Source of the DNA: Eledone cirrhosa
Lineage: Eukaryota
NCBI GenBank assembly: GCA_964016885.1
Contig: OZ024755.1
Coordinates: 24,924,001 to 24,988,000 of the forward strand
Direction: 5' to 3'
DNA length: 64,000 nt
Below are positions 1-12,612 of this stretch, one piece after another. Each line of letters begins with the position of its first letter. Position 1 is the stretch's first letter. Made by a program: the position numbers and the translations under genes. Under the pieces are notes generated by a model. It did not search any database. It saw nothing but the letters and a program-made list of their open reading frames with translations, and was not told where the DNA came from.

Positions 1-414
1 GTAGTGTTTGTACCAGAGTTTTCAAGTCGCTGGCTGGACTAAAAAGTCACACTCGTTCAGCGCATCGGTAGGGGTTCTCCTACGTGGATATAAAGTAGTG
101 GCCGTACTCGAAAACGAGTTGGCAGCCACCATGTATGTATGTATGTGTGTGTGTGTGCGTGCGTGTGCGTGTGTGTGAAATGTGTATTACCCAATGCAAT
201 TAACAATTTAAAAATAGTCGATAATTGTAAATAACAGCTGTCGGAAAAAGTAATCTTCATAGACGACGCACATATTTAAAAAAAAAAAATGATAATGAAA
301 AACAACAAAGAAACAAAAGTTGGTAAATATTCTTCTGTTGAGCCAATCTAAACGGGATCTAGCTATGGAGATGTCATTAAAAGAGGGTTGCTCGTGGTCA
401 ACCAAATAGTTCAT

Positions 415-705
415 CAAGAGATCACAACTCCCATATTACGAACGTGTGGATAGAATGTCTCAGGAAAGAATCGCTGCTGGATTGAATTTACAGGCAAAAC
501 CAACCCACAGCAGATTCGTGGGTAGACTCCGAGCAGGATTGTTGGATACTGTGCATGAAGTTGGCTAGTCTCGCTTGAAGAGGAAGCCGCCTCAATCTGA
601 GACGCCAGCTTCTGACAGGACTCACTGGAAGGTGAGCTTATAGATTCTGCCCCCACGACCCCAAGAAAAAGAAAAAGAAAAAGAAAAAGAAAAAGAATAA
701 GAAGA
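415..705 (+). mobile_element. RTE-type LINE 3' end fragment (degenerate ORF C-terminus plus GAAAAA/GAA tail)
   Basis: Reads RSQLPYYERVDRMSQERIA...GRLRAGLLDTVHEVG*SRL...ASDRTHW, matching the RTE C-terminal pattern QL.WYGHV.RM...GRPR..W.D. Clearly homologous to 43750-44040 and 59810-60075. Confidence 0.75.
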
Positions 706-1464
706 ACACAACGTCGACGACGACTTTGGAGAGAATTTTCCCCGGTTCAGTTTATTGCTGTTGGGTTAAACTGAGATAAATATGGGCATTTTCTTCATTT
801 CACTATTTCTTTTATCTGTTTTTATTCTTATCATCGGAATTCCTTTTATGTCTTTTGGTTCAAAATCCTCTTCCCCATCGTTCTCCCTCTCTCTGTATCT
901 CTCTTTGTTTTTCTCTGTATCTCCCCCCACACTCTCCCTCCCTTACTCTCTCTCTCTCTCTCTCATTTGCTCTATTTCTCTTGCTTTTCTGTTAGTTTTG
1001 CCCGCTTTACTAGATTCGTTGTAGATGCCAGTAGTTTTGGAAAAGCAGTTTATTTATTTATTAATTATTATTATTATTATTATTGGTGGTTACAGACATG
1101 TTTTGTAAGTTTCCGTAAGCTTATATATTTTTTGTGACAAAGGGAAATAAGACCTCAGTCTTTGCCCTGAAGAGGGAGACTCCATAATATTTGGGTCTTT
1201 GGGCCAAATATTCAATCTTTACAAATGTAATTTGCGCACTCCAGATTTGTAAAATGGAAGCGACACCTTCCTCCACACCTAGCAGCGAGAAAATCATGTC
1301 ATGTGACAACGCCTCGGAATGGAGTTCAAAGGTTGACAGTAGCGTCACCACCACAACCACCACCACCACCACAACCACCACCACCACAACCACCACCACT
1401 AACAACAAAAACAACAGCACCAACAACTGTAACGACAACAACAGTAACAAAAGCTACTTCTGAA

Positions 1465-1720
1465 AGGTCAGACAGTACAGAGTTATGGCCCTTTACGTTC
1501 TGAGTTCAAATCCCGCCGAGGTTAACTTTGCCTTTCATCCTTACGGGGTCGATAAAATAAAGCACCAGTAATGCACTGGGTAATTGCTGGCCTTGTGCCA
1601 AAAGTAGAAACAATTATATTACATTACATTATTGCCTTTTATCCTTACGGGGTCGATAAAATAAAGTACCAGTAATGCACTGTGTAATTGCTGGCCTTGT
1701 GCCTAAAGTAGAAACAATTA
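1465..1720 (+). mobile_element. tRNA-derived SINE (family A), 5'-truncated, with duplicated 3' half
   Basis: B-box-like GAGTTCAAATCCC and the central GCCTTTCATCCTTACGGGGTCGATAAAATAAAG..CCAGT block; the 3' part is repeated at about 1633-1720. Confidence 0.85.
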
Positions 1721-2017
1721 CATTAGAATATAATATATTATATTGTGTTATATTACATTATATTGTGTTATATTATATTATATTATACCATTATCAGTTA
1801 TTATTATCAAAATTTAAATAACTCGCAGCGTGTGCTGTCTTCAACTACTGATTAGTCCCAGGAGTCACAGATACAGCTTGTTTTTTTACATTTCCTAAGA
1901 TATATAGAGTATATAGATATATAGATATAGATATATATAGTATATAGATATACAGATATATGATATAAAGATATATAGTTATATAGTAAAGATATATATT
2001 TATATATATATATATAT

Positions 2018-2708
<691 letters not shown>

Positions 2709-2782
2709 AGTTTAGATCTTTTCATTTGATTGTATACGTATTATTTGCCAGTTTTATTTATTTCATGTCTTTCCTTCATAGC

Positions 2783-2822
<40 letters not shown>

Positions 2823-2881
2823 CAAAGCTCTGATACCATCAACACTATAAACACAGAGCTGACATATCTAAGAACTGACTA

Positions 2882-2937
2882 ACTGCTTGATGCGGTCATA
2901 GCCATTCAATGGCTATCATCGAAATATATATACCAGT
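2882..2937 (+). ncRNA. Degenerate hammerhead-like motif (same family as 35135-35189)
   Basis: ACTGC-TTGATGC (mutated CTGATGA)-stem ATAGCCA/TGGCTAT-GAAA-TATATA-TA-CCAGT. Confidence 0.45.
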
Positions 2938-2978
2938 AAATAAAGGATTATGAGTTCATGCAATTGACTTATGTTTCG

Positions 2979-3017
<39 letters not shown>

Positions 3018-3206
3018 TTTCTCTTTCCTCCCTCCCTATTATACTCTTCCTCCGTTATCCTTTCCTTCTTTTTTCCTTTCATCCTCTTTTCCCCTTCCTC
3101 CCCTTTTTTCTAATCTTCTATATCCTTTTAAATTTATTTATCATATGTTGATTAGACACTACCTTGTTCACAAGTGTTTTTTTTAAAGCATCATATCATG
3201 TCTCCC

Positions 3207-3277
3207 TATTTTATCTGATGAGAACGCAAATATCGTCCTAGGATGATATTTGTTTTTGAAATGCGCATAATAAAATA
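3207..3277 (+). ncRNA. Minimal type I hammerhead ribozyme motif
   Basis: Stem I TATTTTAT/ATAAAATA (8 bp); CTGATGA 3215-21; long near-palindromic stem II; GAAA 3258-61; stem III T-GCGC-A; NUH = ATA. Confidence 0.75.
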
Positions 3278-3604
3278 CATGGAACGTTTTTAACCATCTT
3301 TTAATTTCTTCTTATATATAGAGATATATAGATACATAAATACACGCATATACACACACATGCATATACACAAACATACATATCCACATACATAATTGCA
3401 TACGTATATACACAAACAAAGAATTCGTATACGGAGCAAGACCGTCTTGCAGATTGCCCGGCGTTGCTCAGGCTGAAAATAGCTATGAATGTACCAGAAT
3501 TGTTCATAATGGAAGTATCTTTCGCTTAATACAACACTGTCGGATTTCTCTGCAAAAGTTAGATTTCATATAAAAAAGTGATATTTTCCAAAAGCAGTCA
3601 TGTT

Positions 3605-4840
3605 GACTATAGTCACACTATAACGTAGATTCTTAGGTCTAGCTATCACATTGACTATAGATGTCACACTATAACGTAAGTTTATAACTGTAGCTATCAT
3701 ATCGACTATAGTCACACTATAACGTAGATTCTTAGGTCTAGCTATCACATTGACTATAGATGTCACACTATAACGTAAGTTTATAACTGTAGCTATCATA
3801 TCGACTATAGTCACACTATAACGTAGATTCTTAGGTCTAGCTATCACATTGACTATAGATGTCACACTATAACGTAAGTTTATAACTGTAGCTATCATAT
3901 CGACTATAGTCACACTATAACGTAGATTCTTAGGTCTAGCTATCACATTGACTATAGATGTCACACTATAACGTAAGTTTATAACTGTAGCTATCATATC
4001 GACTATAGTCACACTATAACGTAGATTCTTAGGTCTAGCTATCACATTGACTATAGATGTCACACTATAACGTAAGTTTATAACTGTAGCTATCATATCG
4101 ACTATAGTCACACTATAACGTAGATTCTTAGGTCTAGCTATCACATTGACTATAGATGTCACACTATAACGTAAGTTTATAACTGTAGCTATCATATCGA
4201 CTATAGTCACACTATAACGTAGATTCTTAGGTCTAGCTATCACATTGACTATAGATGTCACACTATAACGTAAGTTTATAACTGTAGCTATCATATCGAC
4301 TATAGTCACACTATAACGTAGATTCTTAGGTCTAGCTATCACATTGACTATAGATGTCACACTATAACGTAAGTTTATAACTGTAGCTATCATATCGACT
4401 ATAGTCACACTATAACGTAGATTTATAAGTCTAGCTATTATATTGGTTATAGTCAGATCATAACGTAGATTTATAGGTGTAAGAGTCATATTTACTATAG
4501 GTGTCACATTATAATTGTTTCTACGTTTGGCACAAGGCCAGCAATTATTCCAATGCATTACTGGTACTTTATTTTATTGACCCTGTAATGATAACAGGCA
4601 AAGTTAACCTCGGCGGGATTTGAACTCAGGCCATAAAGGGCCATAACTCTAAGCTGCAAAGCATGGCGTCCAACCCTCTACCGATACTGCCAATCCATTA
4701 TAATGTGACATTAGATGTCACATTATAATGTAAATCTATTAGTGTAGCAGTCATATTTACAATAAATGTCACACTATCGAGTAGTTCTATAAAGGTAGCT
4801 TTCTAACAGACTATAGTTGTCACACTACCACGTAGATCTC
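3605..4840. repeat. Minisatellite: 8 identical 99-bp dimeric units (48+51 bp) plus degenerate ~50-bp monomers, interrupted by a SINE
   Basis: GACTATAGTCACAC recurs every 99 bp from 3605 to 4397. Diverged monomers continue to about 4515 and resume at about 4715-4840. Confidence 0.95.
4516..4696 (-). mobile_element. tRNA-derived SINE (family A)
   Basis: Reverse complement of the family consensus; GTCACATTATAAT flanks it at 4503-4515 and 4717-4729. Confidence 0.9.
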
Positions 4841-4999
4841 ATCAGTAGTCTAAATATAGGTAACAATCTATTGACACAGCTGAAATATACTGAACAACGA
4901 TGAAATATGAATACTTGCTGTATGAATTCTTAGTTTTGTTTTCACGAAATGTTTCAAGTATCAGTTGGCCGCTGCTCATGCGCAAATATAATTAACACA

Positions 5000-5330
5000 T
5001 TAGATAGAATATAATCATGTTTGAAGTCGACGGACATCAAAAATTCCACCAGCTGTTGGCAATGATTACTTTGAGTTGTGTTACTGGCTGTGAAACAAAT
5101 TAGAATTATATGTTAGAAAATAAATGGTGGCAGGAGCTGCTTTCTAACAAATATAACTACGCATTTCCCTTGCAAAGTGATACAAGTTCTACACAACTGA
5201 AGTTTTTTACAATAGACATATTAAGAGAGGATTTCTTTATGTCAACCAAGTTTACGACCTGTTTTCGTGTACCGATCGAAGCCATTATTTTCTTTGCTAA
5301 ATTCCTAGGGAAAAATAAGGCTCTCTTAAT
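5000..5330 (-). pseudogene. Possible highly decayed piggyBac transposase fragment
   Basis: Minus frames give LAKKIMASIGTRKQ and LVSLCKGNA*LYLLESSSCHH, loosely like the piggyBac L..K.L..VGT.R.N and TLVSY..K....LLSS.HH motifs; adjacent to TTAACCC-type ends. Confidence 0.3.
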
Positions 5331-5354
5331 CCTATCGTTATATTTCTAATGAAA

Positions 5355-5540
5355 GACGGTGGATTGGCAGTATCGGTAGAGGGTCGGACGCCATGCTTTC
5401 CAGCATAGTTACGTCTCTTTACGATCTGAGTTCAAATCCCGCCGAGGTTGACTTTGCCTTTCATCCTTACGGGGTCGATAAAATAAAGTACCAGTAATGC
5501 ACTGGGTAATTGCTGGCCTTGTGCCTAAAGTAGAAACAGT
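5355..5540 (+). mobile_element. tRNA-derived SINE (family A), full length, 20-bp TSD
   Basis: A-box-like TGGCAGTATCGG and B-box GTTCAAATCC; TSD TTATATTTCTAATGAAAGAC at 5338-5357 and 5540-5559. Confidence 0.93.
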
Positions 5541-5720
5541 TATATTTCTAATGAAAGACACTGTCTATGTCTTTAACCCATTCATTACCATATTTCTAAT
5601 GAAAGCCACTACCTATGTTTTAACCTTTTCATTACCATATTTCTAATGAACGCCATTGCATATGTCATTAACCCTTTCATTACCGTATTCCTAATGATAG
5701 GTACTGCCCATGATTTTCAA
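5541..5720. repeat. ~48-bp tandem repeat of a piggyBac-like terminus (TTAACCCTTTCATTACCATATTTCTAATGAA)
   Basis: Three to four diverged units. TTAA followed by CCC is the typical piggyBac end signature. Confidence 0.55.
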
Positions 5721-5987
5721 ATAATTTTGAAATTGATCAAGAATCTGAAGGGACACAATAATATAACTAACCTTTTCATTATTGAGCTGGGGGTTACAAC
5801 ATAATTTAACAATAACAGACACTGCCCCTGATTCTAAATAACTTCGAAAATTGAAGAAAATCAAACCACCCCTCATTCTACAATATAAAAAAAAAATACT
5901 TATGATTTTCAAATATACATATATTTAATAATCCAGATTATAGAGGGATTTAGCCAAATAATTAAAACACTCATTATTTGTTTAGTA

Positions 5988-6155
5988 AGGGCGGTGGATT
6001 GGCAGTATCGGTAGAGGGCCGGACGCCATGCTTTCCAGCATAGTTCAAATCCCGCCGAGGTTGACTTTGCCTTTCATCCTTACGGGGTCGATAAAATAAA
6101 GTACCAGTAATGCACTGGGTATTTGCTGGCCTGGTGCCTAAAGTAGAAACAATTA
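5988..6155 (+). mobile_element. tRNA-derived SINE (family A) with internal deletion, TSD TTATTTGTTTAGTA
   Basis: Consensus match lacking about 20 bp before the B box; the direct repeat is present on both sides. Confidence 0.9.
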
Positions 6156-7224
6156 TTTGTTTAGTATTTAGAATATAACAAATGTTCTTACATAAAATTA
6201 TGCTGGGAAACCATTTAAAAAACAGAAAGAATGAGTGGAACAACAACAACACCCAAACAAACAACACTGACCTAAGAGAAGTATAAATAAGTAAATAAAA
6301 TAAAATAAAATAAAATAAGATAAATAAATACATACACAAGCACAATAACAACAAGCACATAAACACACACTAGTCACCCAGCAGACACAACACTATACAC
6401 ACTAGTCACACAGCACACATAACACTATACACACACGCAAACGCATGCGCAAAGAAGACAAAATAAAATAAACAAACAAGCAAATAAATAAATAAATATA
6501 TAGACAGACTGAATAAAACATGGCGTAGACATACAACACAACTGGAGGAAAAAAAAAAATATAACACCACTGACGATGTTGCAGATGTGCAACGAAAGAT
6601 TTATGTAAATTATGTAAACTATATATATGTGTTTGTGTCTATATTGTATCTGTATCATTTTTGACCGTCGGTCAGTCAATGGCAACATTGAGGACCGAGT
6701 AAGTTAGATCGCAGATATAAAAGACAGCGAAAAGCGAAAACCAACCAAACAGTGAGTGTGTTCTGTTATTAATTCTGGCAATATTACACAAATATGACCC
6801 TCCCCAAGTATAACAAATATGATTTCTGATTTAGCGAAAATGCCAACAATTTTGGGTTACTAGTACTTTTATTTTATCGACCCTATAAAGATGAAAGGTA
6901 AAGCTAACCTCGGCAGGATTTGAGCTTAGAACACCGCGATGATGATGATGATGATGATATCAATTTATTTATTGGCTGGGAACTTAAGTTGTTTTCTAAT
7001 GAGACTGTTATTGTATTACAAATGATATCATTTTAGTTAACTATTGTATATCTGTATCTATATCTAGGGTATCAACTGAAGAACGTAATGAAAAATGTAA
7101 ACCGAAATATAAGAAGTGTGGGGGACACCGCCATTACATTCAACACACATATATACATATATATACAGAACAGGCATCTATATTTTTGGGAAGGGTTGTG
7201 TACGCACGTGTGTCTCAGAGATTA

Positions 7225-7290
7225 TACAGGGGAACCTCGGTTCCCGAACGCCTCTCATCGCGAAGGAAACGGTTTATGAACAATGTTTCT
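7225..7290 (+). mobile_element. pogo/Tigger-like terminal fragment
   Basis: TA + CAGGGGAACCTCGGTTCCCGAACG resembles Tigger-type TIR starts (CAGT.G.ACCTCG). Confidence 0.4.
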
Positions 7291-7353
7291 GAACATAAAA
7301 CGTCTCGAGTAATACACACATCTCTTTCATACACACTCTAACTTCTCTCACCA

Positions 7354-7478
<125 letters not shown>

Positions 7479-7489
7479 AAATGTAAAAA

Positions 7490-7620
7490 AAAATAACAAA
7501 ACAAACACCAAAGTACACGAAAGAAATATATTAGTTTAACGCTTGAAAGGGAATCTTAACGTTTTGGACACTCATCTTTCATCAGAAGATAGCGTTAGAA
7601 ATAGAAGATAAGTCGAAAGT
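7490..7620 (-). mobile_element. Penelope-type short element (family B) with degenerate HHR; related copies at 13757-13910, 23368-23530 and 52180-52245
   Basis: Shared AAACGGCACAGTAC..AAATATATTAGTTTAACGCTTGA block; minus strand reads CTGATGA(A)...AAAA (mutated GAAA)-CGTT-AAGAT. Confidence 0.6.
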
Positions 7621-7639
7621 AAAGTGTGCTGAGGTGCTG

Positions 7640-8470
7640 AGAGGAAGGACCGGGGAAAATGTGAAACATTGGAACATTGGAAACTCTACTGAATGCCCGA
7701 ACAAAAATTTTAAAATGGACCAATTCACTGGGGATATTATACATGGATACTGGAGATGAAAAACACAGTCCATTGAGGGGATAACCCTTACTGAAAGCCC
7801 GACATGGAGTTCCGACAAGTTCATAACATCCCACTTTGAAGGATACCTCCATGTAATCCAGGAACAAGAAGTCACCACCAAGTACTTACTGCACAAAGAG
7901 GAAGGTCATCAGTTGACAATAAATGTAGGCTGTATAAAACAAAGATTGAAGACGTTAGCCACATTATTGCTAGCTGTGAAAGAATGTCTTCTCTTTACTA
8001 CCCACTCACCGTGAAGCATGATGTGGTCGTCAGAACAATCTGGAATGCATTACGGAAGATGAAAATCAAATCAAATAGAGGGGAATATATAGAGAGTGAT
8101 GGAACTGGTGGAACCTAAAAATATAAATCGCCACCAAATTAAAGCACAACTGGCCTGATCTTGTTGTTTGCTACCACACATTAAGGACATGCTCTGTTGT
8201 AGAAGTACTTGCCTATTTGATGTCAATGTGGTAAGAAAAATGCAAGAGCAGGATGATATCTATGGATTAATGATGGGGAATTTGCGCATTCATTATCCAG
8301 GATACACGTCTAGCTTCATACCCATTATTTTTAGAGCTACAGCTTATATACTAAACCGCTTGGACCAAAGTATAACCGAAGTTGGATTGTGGGGAAATTC
8401 ATAAGTTACAAATGGCCGCGATATCTGGAACCTTCAAAATCTATAAAACATTCATACGATTCAAATGAAG
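7640..8470 (+). mobile_element. R4/Dong-type non-LTR retrotransposon 3' relic (Zn-knuckle plus restriction-like endonuclease)
   Basis: Frameshifted peptides TSHFEGYLHVIQEQEVTTKYL, EDVSHIIASC, KHDVV, LKHNWPDLVV, DVNVVRKMQEQDDIY...FIPIIFRATAYI match the RLE-clade C-terminal motifs (HI..GC, RHD, PD..., KY). Confidence 0.8.
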
Positions 8471-8867
8471 AACGCTTACACAAGAGACGACGACAATTTT
8501 TTTCTTTTCAACCTTGCTACCGGGAAGGTGGCCAGTCGAAAATAAACTCGAAATTATGAGAAAAAAAGTACATACATAAATACATACATACATATATGTG
8601 TGTGCATAAGTTCGTGTGTGCATGTGTGTGCGTATATATTTGTGTATGTGTGTATATACGTGTATATATATGTGTGTGTGTGTGTGTGAGTGAATGTGTG
8701 TGTCCGTACCAGCGTTCTTGTGAATCTGCAGCAGCGTGACGGCTTGTATTATCGCGGTTGACGTCATAGCTTAGAAGTGAAACGGAGGCCAGAAGCGGTT
8801 AATAGTTTCTTTGACAGAACAATGCGTGTAGCCAGGTATATACTTAGAAAACATGCAGAGACAACGC

Positions 8868-8910
<43 letters not shown>

Positions 8911-8926
8911 CTATATACACACGTGC

Positions 8927-8962
<36 letters not shown>

Positions 8963-9962
8963 CAAATATACATATATATAAATTCATACATGCATATATA
9001 TATATTTTTTTCCACAAACCCACACACACATATATATATATATATGTGTGTGTGTACACACACACACACACACATATATATGTATGTATGCTTATATAGA
9101 TGTTAACTTTTTTTTTATAGACTTATAGGTATACCAATTTATTGTGATTTAGGACTAGGTGAAGCAAGTTGGGGAGAAGGAAGTAGTTGATTGATATTTT
9201 ATCGATCACGGATTGATAAACACCAAATTTGACTTTTGATCTCAGACTCAAAAAACATTGTAATTAAATGCATTAAAGCGTTTTCTTCGACGTTCTACCG
9301 ATTATGCCAAAAAACTGCAAATATCTACAGCTGGGGTAATCTAATGTGGAGCAGTATGTGTGTGTATGTATGTATGTAATATATATATTACATACATACA
9401 CACACATATATATATATATGCATATGTGTATTACATATACACGTGAGTGAGTGAGTGAGTGAGTGAGTGAGTGAGTGAGTGAGTGAGTGAGTGAGTGAGT
9501 GCGTGCGTGCGTGCGTGCATGTGTGTGTAGATACCATAATGTTCCGTGTGTCATTGCCAGAACATGTAACAACAATTCTTTCTTAAAATACCTCACTGGT
9601 GGGTCTTTACATTGACTTCTCTCCAGTTGGCAATCTGCTGTGCATGACATAATGGTGTTCCTCTGTTATAAATATATTTGTACTTCTATCATCTATCTAT
9701 CTATCTATCTATCTCGCATTCTGTTTATCTATCTGTCTCTCTGTTGGTCTGTCTATCTCCCTATCACCACATGCATATATATATATATATATATTTTAAC
9801 TTTACTTATATCTCATAACATAATACAACTGGCTTTTCCACATAATACATATTGTTAGCACCCAAACACTTAAATTGGGTTTATATTAAAATATAACCTA
9901 ATGTTTGTTGAGTGAGATGGTTACCAGTCAGAGATTAGCTTTAAACTATCTCTGTTATTGTA

Positions 9963-10017
<55 letters not shown>

Positions 10018-10105
10018 GAAGTTATATTTAATGTGTTGGGATTCAACAAGCTTAAACATTTTTTTTTTTCCGGGTATGTCAATATTTATTTATAAAACAA
10101 ATCTG

Positions 10106-10171
10106 TATTTTATCTGATGAAAGCGCACCATAATTTGCCTTGATTGCCCTTGAAATATATATAATAAAATA
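10106..10171 (+). ncRNA. Minimal type I hammerhead ribozyme motif (same stem I as 3207-3277)
   Basis: TATTTTAT-CTGATGA(10114-20)-AAGCGCA...TGCCCTT-GAAA(10152-55)-T-ATAT-A-TA-ATAAAATA; the element lies between (TA)n tracts. Confidence 0.75.
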
Positions 10172-10202
10172 AATATGGTTTTATAAATATAGTTTCCATT
10201 TA

Positions 10203-10245
<43 letters not shown>

Positions 10246-10249
<4 letters not shown>

Positions 10250-10713
10250 CGCTCTCCGACAAGTTCGTGGTCATGCCCTTGGCAGTGGCGACTTCTGGTG
10301 CCCTTGGCCCTAGGGCTACCCCCCTACTCACCACCATAGACGCTGAGCTGACCAGCCGCGGGCGTCAGACCCGCGAGCTGGAATGGCTCTTCCAGCGCAT
10401 CTCCCTTACCATCCTCCACGCCTTCTCCATTCTGTCCGCCGGGGCTGTTGGAGGCCAGCACGTGGGGCGCCATTTGCTCATAATACAGAGAGATGGGGAG
10501 GGTGAGAGAGATGGAGGCGATGAAAGTGGGAGTTCGGCTCCTCCACGTTCGGACGATATCCTTGTGGTTGTGTTCATTATCTATAGAGTTCATTCTATTA
10601 TCCAGTTTTTTGTAGATTGCAGTAGTTAGATTGCATCGCGTGGTTCACAGTGCCCACATTTTAGTTACTAGCAAGTACAGTGGCTGTGTTTTGGTAGAGA
10701 TACATTAAATATC
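10246..10713 (+). mobile_element. CRE-like (RLE) non-LTR retrotransposon 3' end inserted in (TA)n
   Basis: FVVMPLAVATSGALGPRA...RELEWLFQRISLTILHAFSIL matches the F.P.A.ET.G..G...LFQR.S....RGNA..IL C-terminus; GC-rich and bounded by TA repeats. Confidence 0.75.
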
Positions 10714-11136
10714 CTATATATATATTACAAAGACAACAGAAGGTTGAATTTTGATGTTACACAAATCACAATATCTATTTCTATGACTCGCTTACATCAT
10801 CAGATCATAAGAGTTTGGCGACGTCATCAGGCGTAAATTACGAAGGTTAAGTAATCAATTAGAGGATTGCGGCAAACATAAATAGAGAACAGGCAAGATT
10901 CGGAGACGGCATGCGAATCAGTGTTATTGCTATGACGAACAGCCTCTGAATGTTACACATTCGTCAATGTTAAGCATTGTGGGTTCGTGGGCGCGACCAA
11001 TGTGGGTGGGAGTTGCTTGGTGGCGACATTGCATCATGGTTTGTTAACTGAATTGATTAGATCTACCAATTAGCTACGCCATCCCACATAAATGATATTA
11101 TATACACACACACACACACAAACACACATATATATA

Positions 11137-11168
<32 letters not shown>

Positions 11169-11279
11169 CGCACACACACACAAACACACATATATATATA
11201 TATACTTACATATATATATGCACACACACACACATATGTATATATATATATATATATATATACATATAGGAAAAAGTTT

Positions 11280-11472
11280 AACCCACTCTACTACCCTAAG
11301 TATCGAGTACTCTGGTGCGTTATGGTCCATCTGGTTCCTTACCACACCTCCTTTGTTATATATATATATATATATAACAAAGAAAATGTGGTAAGAAACC
11401 AGATGGGCCATAACGCACTAGAGTACTTAATACTTAGGGTAGTAGAGTGGGTAATAGAAAAAGAGTATTTTC

Positions 11473-11511
<39 letters not shown>

Positions 11512-11577
11512 TATTAAATATCTTTTCCAGTTTTTATATTTGAAAAACAAATTTCTTTCTCTCCCTGACTTTATCAA

Positions 11578-11625
<48 letters not shown>

Positions 11626-11819
11626 CGAAAGAAATGTGGTAAGGAACCAGATGGACCATAATGCACGAAAGTACTCAATACTTAGGGTAGTAGAGTGGGT
11701 AATAGGAACGAGTAGGACCCCGACGGCTGAGCTCAAGCCGTTTCGACGGCTAATTCTGGACTAAAACGTTTTAGTCCAGAATTAGCCGTCGAAACGGCTT
11801 GAGCTCAGCCGTCGGGGTC
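11280..11819. mobile_element. Cluster of three family C short elements (11280-11360 +, 11375-11470 -, 11623-11819 -) in (TA)n
   Basis: Shared ACCCACTCTACTACCCTAAGTATYGAGTACT..GTGCGTTATGGTCCA.CTGGTTCCTTACCACA; the last copy ends in a perfect 52-bp-arm palindrome (11716-11819). Confidence 0.8.
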
Positions 11820-11857
11820 AAGCCCGGATGTGCATATGTGTGTTCGTGGATGTGCTT

Positions 11858-11967
11858 GAAAGGCAAAGTTGACCTCGGCGAGGTTTGATCTCAGAATGGC
11901 AAGGGCCGTAACTCTATGCGTCAAAGCATGGCGTCCGACCCTCTACCAATACTGCCAATCCACCGCT
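11858..11967 (-). mobile_element. SINE family A, 5' half
   Basis: GAAAGGCAAAGTTGACCTCGGCG...CCAATCCACCGC. Confidence 0.85.
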
Positions 11968-12146
11968 AATAATGGCGAACAATGAGAATAAGAAGACAGC
12001 AGCTTACACGAAACTAAGTTAATGATTTCTGCACACACAGTCACTAATGCCATTGCAGAGACAGTCACACACACACACAGGCATACACATATATAAACAT
12101 ACCCACACACGTACACGCGCACATAAACACACACACACACGTACCC

Positions 12147-12184
<38 letters not shown>

Positions 12185-12201
12185 GCACGATATATATACG
12201 C

Positions 12202-12240
<39 letters not shown>

Positions 12241-12403
12241 CGATATATATATGTGTATATATATATATATGATATATATACGATATATGCGTATATAAAC
12301 GATATATATATGTGTATATATATATATGATATATATACGATATATAAACGTGTATATATATACGATATATAAACGTGTATATATATATATACGATATATA
12401 TAC

Positions 12404-12456
<53 letters not shown>

Positions 12457-12567
12457 CATATATATGCACGTGTGTATGTGTCTGTGTGCGTGTGTGTGCC
12501 CACATGCGTACACATACGTATATATATAGGAAAAAGTAGCAAAGCTCTCTTATGTTTCTTGTATTTA

Positions 12568-12612
<45 letters not shown>

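Noticed and set aside
3566-4558. 330-aa repeat protein ORF
   Set aside because: The start codon lies inside a SINE, and the repeats are identical at DNA level (no synonymous variation), as expected for a VNTR.
5355-5445. tRNA genes
   Set aside because: A/B-box-like heads continue into SINE bodies with TSDs and do not form complete cloverleaves.
8735-8800. CRE site TGACGTCA in a CpG-containing patch as a promoter
   Set aside because: A single 8-mer is expected by chance in 64 kb, and there is no adjacent gene evidence.
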